64,000 nucleotides of DNA from Eledone cirrhosa. Lineage: Eukaryota. The notes beneath the pieces are model-generated. The model made no database searches. It was not told the DNA's origin and was given only the letters and a program-made list of their open reading frames with translations. Each line of letters starts with the position of its first letter. The stretch's first letter is position 1. This document shows positions 53,190 through 64,000 of the stretch, one piece after another. A program made the translations under genes and the position numbers. The stretch lies in assembly GCA_964016885.1 (NCBI GenBank), contig OZ024740.1:57660001-57724000 (forward strand), written 5' to 3'.

Positions 53190-53385
53190 GTAATATGAGA
53201 AAAGCACTCAACGTTATGCAACTCATCCGGGTACATTGTATATATATTAAAAAGAATTAGTTTAGATGTGTAAGATATTTATTGTATATCATCTTGTTTC
53301 GCAGAGGATTGGCTCATCATCACCCATAGGACTTATGGACCTGACTCCATTATTGATCTGCTCTTCAGACTGGTGACGTGGCTAA
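53190..53385 (-). mobile_element. PLE pLTR-like fragment (same family as 60278-60450)
   Basis: Reverse-complement homology to 60278-60450; CTGAAGA GCAGA...TCTGC GAAAC. Confidence 0.5.
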
Positions 53386-53696
53386 AAAAATATAGTTTTG
53401 TTTGTTTTTTATATTTATCTGTTATGCCTATTGTAATTGTATTATCACTTTTATTTATATATGTGTATCCATAGATATTCATGTATGTCTGTATATATGC
53501 ATGTGTGTGTAGCCGTGCACACATATATATGTTTGTGTCCGTATGTATGTATGTATATGTTTATTTATGTGTATATGTGAATGTTTGTGTGTATATATAT
53601 ATATATATATATACGTTATTCCGGGTTGAATCGGAGGTAACCACAGTAAGTAAGGTACTCAATACATAGCAGAGTATAACAGTTTTAATATAGATG

Positions 53697-53747
53697 AGAT
53701 TCTACAGGACTAGAACTGTTTCATTCATTAGAAATCATCAGGAATCT
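53697..53747 (-). ncRNA. Type I hammerhead ribozyme within a PLE fragment (53613-53760)
   Basis: Minus strand reads AGATTC CTGATGA T-TTC-taat-GAA-T GAA ACAG-ttctagtc-CTGT A GAATCT: perfect 6-bp stem I, 4-bp stem III, GUA triplet. Confidence 0.8.
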
Positions 53748-53791
53748 GGGTATCAAAAAATAAACCCTAACAATGCTGGGTACCTCAGCTA

Positions 53792-53839
<48 letters not shown>

Positions 53840-53841
<2 letters not shown>

Positions 53842-54177
53842 AGGCACATGGCTTAGTGGTTAGAGCATTGGCCTTGCAATCAAAAGGTTGTCAGTTCAAT
53901 TCTCAGACCGGGTGATGTGTTGTTTCCTTGAGCAAGGCACTTTATTTCACATTGCTCCAGTTTACTCAGCTGTAGAAATGAGATGATAGGGACTGGGGTC
54001 CCTATCATTCCACTGTAAAGTGGTCGTGGAGGTGCCACGGCAAAAAAGCACCCAGCACTCACTGTAAATGAGGTTGGTGTTAGGAAGGGCATCCAGCTGT
54101 AGAAATCAAGCCAGAATCAGTTCCCGTCCCACCCTTGCAAGCAGGGAAAAGTGGACGTAAAATGAGATGATGATGAT
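53840..54177 (+). mobile_element. tRNA-head SINE with RTE-derived tail (family 2)
   Basis: A box TGGCTTAGTGG, B-box-like AGTTCAATTC, core CCTTGAGCAAGGCACTT, RTE 3' end with (ATG)n; inserted in (TA)n. Confidence 0.85.
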
Positions 54178-54192
54178 ATATATATATATATA

Positions 54193-55211
54193 CTAGCTGA
54201 GGTACCCAGCATTGTTAGGGTTTAAGTAATACAATTGTTTGTGCAGAAATAACAGTTGCTGAAGCTCTCCGTTGAATTAAGTCTTATAGGAAAACACAGT
54301 CATCGTCGGGGATGTCCACACCATGGCCAACTGATTAATGTGACCCACAGAGGCTTTCTATCCGCCCCGTAAGATATTCCATTCGGTTAAATATACAGTT
54401 AGCAGCAAAGATGACACAGCCTAGGGTGGGTAGGTCATTTAAAAATATCCTTACAGCCTGCGTGTCAACTGTGGCTCGTTGAAGATTTCTATTCAATTCG
54501 CAAAGGGTTCCGCCCAGTATGCATTTTTGGAAAATACCCCGCATTACCCAACCAGAGCCCATAAAGCCCATTTGTCTGGGTAAAACTTGGGCCGTGGAGG
54601 ACAAATTCAATTGTTATCCATCCCATTGTTGTACAGCCCTCTGTCACGCTGGAGAAAACCATCCACTGCACATAAGTGGTGTATCTATAATGTTTCAAAA
54701 AAGTATTTACGACATTCAATATTTGCGGTGTTTCCGATTTATTAAGGTGCCCTGGGGAAACTTTTAACAACTTATTGATACATAAATAATGCACCTGTAC
54801 AGTTTAAAGAAAATTGGTTGCTCATATCAGAAGAAACAAACCAAATGAAAAATAGGTTTGTGCGGCTATTTGCCTTCTACGAGTTGTCTGGTATAATTTT
54901 TCTTAGCCATCCTTAGCACATAATTTATCTGTGTTTCAATTTTGAAGGAAATCGGTTGAGAACTTTAAAAGTTATGGCAGAAAATAACATTCATATGAGC
55001 ATTTGTATGCAAATCTCTTATTGATTTATAAAAAATCGATGCAGACGGAAAATTATCGATTTTTTTAAAACTTCAAGGTACGTAAGAAATCAAATGGGCA
55101 TGAGAGCCACACGCGTGTCAAGTTTCATCAAGATCGGTTTGGTAGTTTTTGAGTTTTAGGTTCACAAACAAACAAACAGACAGAAATTGCCATTTATGTA
55201 TTTAGATAAGA
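54193..55211 (-). mobile_element. Non-autonomous Helitron (Lep1-like architecture)
   Basis: 5' A|TC..., a (TGTT/TGTC)n tract near the 5' end, 3' CCC..GGG hairpin and CTAG|T, no TSD. Confidence 0.75.
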
Positions 55212-55272
55212 TATATATGTGGCTATATATATATGTGTGTGTGTGTGTGTATATATATATACACACACACAC

Positions 55273-58200
55273 AGGAAGGGCATCCAACCAGTGTATCAAT
55301 GCCAAAACGCTTATCAGCACAGCAACAAATAGGAGCAACAACAAAGTATGAAGACGTCGCATCTCAGAGTTGCAACAGTTAATGTTGGCACTCTCAGAGG
55401 TAGATCTGCGGAAATAGCGGAGATGCTGGAGAGAAGGCATGTGGATGTGTGCGGCGTGCAAGAGGTGAGATGGAGAGGTGCCTCTGCGAGACTAATCGTA
55501 GGCAAACGTCTTAGCTATAAGCTTTTCTGGGTAGATAAGGATGATGGGTTAAGGGGAGTAGGCATTTTCCTGGCTGAGAGATGGATCAATAAGACAATAG
55601 AGGTAGTTCGAGTTAGTAATCGAATAATTAAGCTTTGATTAGTTGTAGGCAGGAGACTACTGACAATCATCTCTGCCTATACTCCCCAAACAGGCCTAGG
55701 CAAAGATGAGAAAGACTGCTTTTACGAGCAACTTTTACAAACAACCGCAATGACAGAGGACGGAGACATCGTTATGCTAGCAGGAGACTTCAATGGTCAT
55801 GTTGGACAGCTCCAGGATGGTTACACTGGGTACATGGTGGGCACAGTTACGGCTCAAGAAATGAAGAAGGAGTGAGACTTCTTGAATTTTGTGATGCAGG
55901 TACATTGACTATTTGCAACACAAACTTCCAGAAACCTGCCAATCACCTAATAACCTACAAATCTGGCGAGCACATAAGCCAGATTGACTTCTTACTAGTT
56001 AGGCAGCGGGACAGGCAGATAGTGTCTAATACCAAGGCATGCCCTGGGGAAGAATGTACCCCCACAGCATAGGTTAGTCGTTAGTGATATCTCAGTAAGC
56101 AAGAGATGGAATGAGACATACAGGAAGATGTGGAGAAGAAAGGTCTGGAAGCTAAAAGACCTTTCACTAAAATACAAATTTAGGAAAGCTCTTCAAGATG
56201 TATATGACGAAAAAGAAGACGATTTAGAGACGTATGACATAGATAATAACTGGAATTTCTTACGTGACAACTTGCTGCAGGCTACTGATGAAACTTGTGG
56301 CTGGAGCAGAGCTCCAACCAGACAGAGAGTGACCTGGTGGTGGAACAGCACAGTAGATAAGGCCATTAGAGACAAAAGACTAGCATGGAAGGCTTGGAAA
56401 AAGGGTGGGAGTAGGGAAGAATATACAGCCGCTAAGAGAGAAGCTAGACGTCAGGTGTACTTAGCACGCAGGGAGGCGGAGAGTAGGAGGTTTGCCAATG
56501 TTCTGCGATGGGAAGATCAGAGGCGTGCGGTCTTCCACATTGCAAGGCAGTGTGTCAATGCAAATCAGGATGTTGTTGGCGATAAATGTGTCCAGGATGA
56601 TGCCGGTGTACTTAGTGTCACGAATGATCAGAAAAAAAAAAAGGAGGCCTGGAAATGTCATTATGAGAGACTGATGAATGTGGAGAACGAATGGGAGAGA
56701 GAGAAATTACCCTTAGTAGATTCGACAGAGGGACCAGCTATTGAGATTGACGAATATAGGGTCCAAGAGGCGATTAAGGAAATGAAAAATGGTAAGGCTG
56801 CTGGACCATCGGGAATAGTTGCTGAGATGCTGAAGGCATCAGGGGACGAAGGCACTAAACTGGTTGCACGCATCATCAATCAGGCTATATATGGTGGTGT
56901 CATACCCAAAGACTGGTGCAGCAGTATTCTCATAAATTGCTACAAAAGTAAAGGGGATGCTCTGGAGAGGAGCAATTATAGGGGTATAAAACTGATGGAT
57001 CAGGTTATGAAAGTGGCAGAAAGGATATTAGCACAACTAATTAGAGAAAGGGTCAAACTAGTTGAGATGCAGTTTGGTTTTGTGCCTGGGAAGAGTACAA
57101 CAGATGCCCTCTTCTTGGTGAGACAATTGCAAGAGAGGCTCTTAGAGAAAAATAAGCCACTATACTTAGCCTTTGTTGACCTAATTCAACTATTTTTCAC
57201 TGGGAACAATTTGTCAGCATTTTCTTTTCCTTTTACCAATATATATATATATACTATACTTAGCCTTTGTTGACCTAGAGAAGGCCTTTGATAGGGTACC
57301 CCGATCTGTCATCTGGTGGTCCCTAAGGAAGCTAGGTGTTGAGGAATGGCTTGTGAGGACAATGCAAACTTTGTACAGAGGTACTCTCAGTAAAGTCAGG
57401 GTAGGAATGGAGTTTAATGAGGAATTCCAGATACAAGTTGTTCATTATAGTCCTCCAAGCCATAACAGAGGAGTTTAAGACTGGCTGTCCATGGGAACCT
57501 CTCTATGCTGACGATCTAGTTCTTATAGCAGAATCAGTAGAGGAGCTAGAGAATAAATTTTGGCTATGGAAACAGCAGTTGGAAGCAAGAGGACTGAGAG
57601 TGAACCTAGCTAAGACAAAAGTGTTGATGAGTAGAAAAGAGGACAAAACTCTGATTCCGTCAGGGAAATGGCCATGTTCGATATGCAGAAAAGGAACTGG
57701 CATAAATTCTATAAAGTGCACACAATGCAGATCCTGGGTACACAAGAGATGTAGTGGGATAGCAGGCAAACTAACAGGTAGGGAGAAATATGTATGCAGT
57801 AGATGTACAGGGAAATTAGACAGTAGAAGTCGCATTGATAGACACATTTTTCAAATGCAGGAGGGCGCTATAGAAGTGGTGGATAGCTTCCGGTACCTAG
57901 GAGATCAGATTAGCATGGGAGGAGGGTGTTCCGAGGCCATAGTATCTAGAACAAGGACGGGTTGGAAGAAGTTTAGGGAGCTGCTTCCTCTGCTGACGAA
58001 GAAGGGTTTCTCCCTGCGTACGAAAGGCCGGTTGTATGATGCCTGTGTGAGAAGCGCGATGCTGCATGGTAGTGAGACATGGGCAGCAACTGCAGAGGAT
58101 ATGCGACGGCTGGAGAGAAATGAGGCAAGCATGCTCCATTGGATGTGCAGTTGAAATATGCATGAATGGCCCAGCATGAATGTGTTGAGAGAGAAACTGT

Positions 58201-58498
58201 GTCTGAGAGGGATAGAATGTAGTGTACGGGAGAGGAGACTGAGGTGGTATGGACATGTGATGTGCATGGAGGATGACCGATGGGTTAAGAAGTGCCAGGA
58301 AATGCAAGTTGAAGGAAGACGTGGTAGAGGTAGACCACGAAAAACATGGGCGGAGGTGGTGAGAACAGACCTCAGATCGTTGAAGCTCACGGTGGAGATG
58401 ACGAAGGACCGTGACGAGTGGAGAGATGCTGTGCTGAATAAGACCCGTCCCACCCTTGCAAGCAGGGGAAAGCGGATGTAAAATGATGTTGATGATGA

Positions 58499-58501
<3 letters not shown>
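55273..58501 (+). mobile_element. Near-full-length RTE LINE (subfamily B): AP endonuclease, RT and PHD-like insertion; inactivated
   Basis: ATVNVGTL, VQEVRW, AGDFNGHVG, QIDF, RT motifs and YADD; stops, frameshifts, a deletion removing the QGS motif near 57435, and an insertion at 57184. Confidence 0.95.
57184..57252 (+). mobile_element. 69-bp insertion of the PLE 3' terminus plus (TA)n, with a 25-bp TSD
   Basis: Matches the reverse complement of 38753-38814; ACTATACTTAGCCTTTGTTGACCTA is duplicated at 57159-57183 and 57253-57277. Confidence 0.9.
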
Positions 58502-58544
<43 letters not shown>

Positions 58545-58546
<2 letters not shown>

Positions 58547-58802
58547 AAAGTAGTCATGATGGAGAGATGACAAAAAGTGCCCAGCCCACACTGTAAAGTG
58601 GTTGTGCATGTGTCACAATAAAAAGCACCCAGTACACACTGTAAAGTGGTTGTGTAGGCATCACGACAAAAAGCACCCAGTACTTACTGTAAACAAGGCA
58701 AGATATGGTCACCTGACAGGACAAGATATGGTCACCAACAGGACAAACCCATCCAACCCCTACTAGCGTGGAAGATAGACGTTAAATGATGATGATGATG
58801 TT
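58545..58802 (+). mobile_element. RTE/SINE 3' tail fragment
   Basis: Three AAAAGCACCCAG..ACTGTAAA units and a subfamily A end with (ATG)n. Confidence 0.75.
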
Positions 58803-58879
58803 ATATGAGTGAGTCAGTAAGTATGTATGGATATATATGTATATGTGTGTGTGTAGTTCTGCATATATACATATATATA

Positions 58880-59696
<817 letters not shown>

Positions 59697-59754
59697 TGTA
59701 TGAGTTTGTATTTGTGTACATATACACATATATATGTATATCTTCCTATTATAT

Positions 59755-59896
59755 TGGTGGATTGGCAGTATCGGTAGAGGGTCGGACGCCATGCTATGAC
59801 GCATAGAGTTACGGCGCTTTCTATTCTGAATTCAAATCCTGCCAAGGTTAACTTTGCCTTTCATCCTTACGGGGTCGATAAAATAAAGTACCAGTA
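59755..59896 (+). mobile_element. SINE family 1, 3'-truncated
   Basis: Matches 5292-5431. Confidence 0.8.
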
Positions 59897-60277
59897 ATTC
59901 ATTTATTCGTTTTCGCATTCATTTGCTGCCTGGCGTCACCTAAGTTGCACTGCCATTAATGATACGATGAACTATTACCGGGTCATCCTAGCATGACATC
60001 GTCACCCCCTCCCCGCCTATATGGTCATCCTCCCATTCAGCTTCCTGTTTACACCAAAGCCAGTCTTTGAGCGTCCAAATCACATACCAATACACACTCA
60101 CGTGTGTAAGTAGACACACACACACGTGAATATCTGTGAATATACATGTGCATAGCTGCTCCACAAATTACACTACAATAACTACATACGCCTACACACA
60201 CTCACACAAAAACATAGGCATATATATACACCCACCATCTCACAAACCACAACAAAACTTTTTTTCTTTTTTTTTTT

Positions 60278-60450
60278 TTTGTCACATCACCAGTCTGAAG
60301 ACCAGATCAATAAAGGAATCGGGTCCATAACTCCTATGGGTTACCTTGAGTCAATCCTTTTTGAAATGCGTTTAACGGGTCAATACACAATAAATATCTT
60401 ACACATGTAAATGAAACTTCCTCGTTTTTTTTCTAATATATACACTGCCT
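60278..60450 (+). mobile_element. PLE pLTR-like fragment
   Basis: Homologous to 53190-53385 in opposite orientation. Confidence 0.45.
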
Positions 60451-60493
60451 GTGCATAGAGTACTTGTTTTGGTACCATATATATATATATATA

Positions 60494-61907
60494 TTATAGC
60501 ACAGTTGATTAGGGACCGGGTAAAACTAGATGAGATGCAATTTGGGTTTGTGCCAGGAAAAGGCACCACTGATGCCCTCTTCCTTTTGAGGCAATTACAG
60601 GAAAGGTACCTAGATAAAAATAAGCCGCTCCACCTGGCATTTGTCGATCTGGAGAAAGCCTTCGACAGAGTCCCCCGTGCTATAATCTAGTAGGCTCTTA
60701 GAAAACTAGGAGTAGATGAATGGCTTGTGAAAGCTGTACAAGCCATGTATAGGGGAACAGTCAGCAAAGTTAGGATTAGCAATGACTATAGCGAGGAATT
60801 TAGTCAACCTGACAAAGACTAAGGTCCTTGTAAGTAGACGAGAAAACAGAACCCAGATCCCCTCAGGGAAATTGTCTTGCTCAGTATGTAGGGAAGGTGT
60901 AGGTAGGAACTCCATCCTCTGCCCCAAATGCAAACAATAGGTACACAAGAGATGTAGTGGGATCTCAGGGAGCTTAACTAAGAATGTAGGCTTCACATGT
61001 AGCAGCTGCGCTGGGACAGCAAGTAGCAAATGGCCACAGGAAACAAGCACCACCAAACTCTGGGAGGGCTCTGTAGAAACAATAGACAGCTTCTGCTACC
61101 TACGAGTTAGCAGCGGAGGTGGATGTTCAGAAAATACAATAACTAGGGTAAGAACGGGATGGAAGAAGTTCAGGAAGCTACTGCCAAAGGCTAGCTGGAA
61201 AAGGCTTTTTCCTCAAAATGACAGGCAGACTGTATGATGCGTGCATACGAACAGCAATGTTACATGGTAGTGAGACCTGGATGCTGTCTGTAGAAGACTT
61301 ACGTAGATTAGAAAGAAACAAAGCTTGCATGCTCCGATGGATGTGAAATAGTAATATATGCGAACGGCAAAGTATAAATGAATTGAGAGAGAGACTGAGC
61401 ATAAGAGGATTCAAATGCTGTGTGCAGGAGAGGAGGTTACATTGGTATGGACATGTGATACGTATCAAGGATGACAGCTGATTAAAAAGGTGCAGAGCAC
61501 TAGAAGTCGATGGAAGCCGCGAAGTGTGGAGACCCAAGAAGACCTGGGATGAGGTGATAAAAGCCGACCATACCCAATTGCACCTCTCAAAGGCGATGAC
61601 ACACAACCGGCTTCATGCAGTAATACAGAAGACCCGACTTCCCACGGATACAAGCCGAAGCTGAAGCATATAGATATGCCCCCACCTCCTCCCACTGCAA
61701 AGTGGTTGTGGAGGTGCCACGGCAAAAAAGCACCCAGCACCCACTGTAAATGAGATTGGTGTTAGGAAGGGCATCCAGCTGTAGAAATCAAGCCAGAATC
61801 AGTTCCTGTATTAGCAAGACAAAGTCAGCTGATCGGACACTGCCCAGAACAGGACAACCAATCTAACCCATGCTAGCGTGGAAGAATGGACGTAAAACGG
61901 TGATGAT

Positions 61908-61909
<2 letters not shown>
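60494..61909 (+). mobile_element. RTE LINE 3' fragment (subfamily A-type UTR), internally deleted
   Basis: QFGFVPGKGTTDA, FVDLEKAFD, PHD remnant, MLHGSETW, UTR and tail; (TA)n on both sides. Confidence 0.92.
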
Positions 61910-61961
<52 letters not shown>

Positions 61962-62079
61962 ATTAATAATAAGTATGGATGAGGTGCCAAATTTTCATTA
62001 AGTTTATTCAGTTGTGACACGTGTTTCGATCTCTATCGATCAGGCCCGACTCTGGAATCAAAAGCTCACCAGGCTTCTG

Positions 62080-62250
62080 TTAGCTTAATGAGCTCCTGCA
62101 CAGTTTCTGTTTATCAAATCCCCCTCATAATGTATTGGTCGACCCAAGCCTGTAGTCAAAGACACTTGCCCACGGTGCCACACAGTATTATTGAACCTGG
62201 ATCCACCAGCTGCAAATCCAAGCTCTAAAACACACAGCCATACCTGCACC
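62080..62250 (-). mobile_element. Old SINE-like repeat
   Basis: AAGACACTTGCCCACGGTGCCACACAGT..TTGAACC resembles degenerate copies at about 7030-7200 and 36620-36725. Confidence 0.45.
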
Positions 62251-62351
62251 CCCCCCCCCTCTCAAAAGCGTGAACCTAATAAACCTTTATTTGTCTTCCT
62301 CTCTGTTTTGTTCCCGTCTAAATTTGCACTATATATATCATCATCATCATC

Positions 62352-62903
62352 ATATATATATATGAATGTATATATAGTGTATTTTGCAATACACTGTATG
62401 CTTAATTAAAAGCATTTCGAAGACCTTACGCTATTGTTTTAGAGTAGTGACAGTCTCACTTACTTTAAATTTTCAGCAAACAGGGGAGATAAAGCTGATG
62501 GAGCTCTGTTTCGTGAAAATCATGAATGTTTCATTCTTATAGAATTCTAGTAATAATCAGGAACTGATTATACAGAGCGGTTGCGGTCAAGCAGAAATTG
62601 AAAATTAGAATTGGTGCTCTGAAATAGCGATATATATATGAATTCTATAAGAATCAAACATTCATGATTTTCAGCAAACAGGTGGAGTAGTTAGCTTTGA
62701 TAAGTACCAAAAAGTACGAAACAGAGCTCCATCAGCTTTATCTCCCCTGTTTGCTGAAAATTTAAAGTAAGTGAGACTGTCACTACTCTAAAATAATAGC
62801 GTAAGGTCTTCGAAATGCTTTTAATTAAGCATACAGTGTATTGCAAAATACACTATATATACATTCATATATATATCGCTATTTCAGAGCACCAATTCTA
62901 ATT
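62352..62903. mobile_element. Nested PLE-like inverted repeats with degenerate hammerheads
   Basis: Arm pairs 62352-62514/62716-62877, 62514-62547/62640-62673 and 62603-62642/62864-62903. Confidence 0.7.
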
Positions 62904-62919
62904 ATATATATATATATAT

Positions 62920-63368
62920 TGGGGAGACCCAAGAAGACTTGGGATGAGGTGATAAAAGCCGATCTTACCCAATTACACCTCTCAAAGGCGATGACACACG
63001 ACCGTGACCTCTGGCGTCACGCAGTAATACAGAGTACCCGACCTCCCATGGGTACAAGCTGAAGCATATAGACAATATGCCCCCACACCCTCCCACTGCA
63101 AGGTGGTCGTGGAGGTGCCACGGCAAAAAAGCACCCAGCCCACACTGTAAAGAGGACGTGTAGGCGCCACGGAAAAAGCACCCAGCACTCACTGTAAATG
63201 AGGTTGGTGTTAGGAAGGGCATCCAGCTGTAGAAATCAAGCCAAAATCAGTTCCTGTATGAGCAAGGCATGGTCAGCCGACCAGATACTGCCCACAACAG
63301 GACAACCCGTCTAACCGATGCTAGCGTGGAAGAACGGACGTAAAACGGTGATGATGATGATGAGGATA
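62920..63368 (+). mobile_element. RTE LINE extreme 3' fragment (subfamily A)
   Basis: GRPKKTWDEV..LWRHAV, UTR repeats and (ATG)n; (TA)n on both sides. Confidence 0.9.
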
Positions 63369-64000
63369 ATATATATATATATATATATACAACATAATCG
63401 CTATAGTAAAGTTTGAACTCATGAAAATGTGGTTAAGATACCGGACTAACTCAGGGAAATGTTTTTAATTAGAACTGACAATAATCCTTAGTAATTATAT
63501 TCTTCAATATTTCAAGTATTCATACTTAAGAAGCAGTATTGCAATGCTTCATTACTAAAGCTCCTTAAGATGGTTTATAATTTTATATTGAGGGTTGCAT
63601 TCTCCTCCGGTAAAGTTAGTTTTCTTATTAACACGGTCAAACTACTCGAAGCATCCACCCTGAAAATAATCTCTTAAACCTTCACTTTAAATCACTGCCA
63701 GCACAATTGAATTGTCAGCTAATGGAATGAGTCAATATAATGAGATAAAACCATACCCATAAGTGAGTAGGTCTTTTAGAGTAGCCAACAGAACGGCCAG
63801 TAGACTATTGATTACAGAGAAAAGCACTCAAATTCAAACTGTCAACAATCATTAAAAAGAAAATTCCTTTTCCTTTCTCATATAGTTTGATACGTTAATA
63901 GTTTTGATATATATATATATATATATATATCTCAACTATGCATCAGTAAATGACATGGAATCTGTCTATTTATAGTCTACATCTTGAGCACTTGAATTAA

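Noticed and set aside
53840-53910. tRNA gene
   Set aside because: SINE head with A/B boxes but no complete cloverleaf; it continues into SINE core and tail.
61958-62075. Complete hammerhead on the minus strand (GAAACACGTGTC)
   Set aside because: Only the 3' half is convincing; the upstream CTGGTGA gives no stem I. Probably a truncated PLE end related to 50870-50912.

Overview
AT-rich, repeat-dominated eukaryotic DNA, not prokaryotic. The SINE/LINE repertoire looks like an octopus/cephalopod genome (inference). It is probably mostly intronic: a few short minus-strand exon candidates lie near 6.1, 9.8, 10.3 and 37 kb, and I do not recognise the protein. No intact long gene is present. Main contents: (1) an 18.3-kb tandem array (18.1-36.5 kb) of mixed 44/47-bp units, which is an amplified internal repeat of an RTE-LINE/SINE 3' region; (2) many RTE-clade LINE fragments, including a near-full-length copy at 55.3-58.5 kb, whose reverse transcriptase carries an inserted C4HC3 PHD-like finger; (3) a decayed Neptune-type Penelope-like element (PLE) at 38.8-41.8 kb; (4) tRNA-derived SINEs, TTAA-flanked MITEs and non-autonomous Helitrons. 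The most notable system is a nest of short non-coding modules between (TA)n tracts at 41.8-63 kb. They carry type I hammerhead ribozyme folds (several with an intact core, some with very long stem II) and form direct repeats, fold-back palindromes and inverted copies of flanking DNA. This suggests a (TA)n-targeted PLE/retrozyme mobilisation system that may also seed new (TA)n targets. All folds and alignments were done by eye, and element ends are approximate unless stated.
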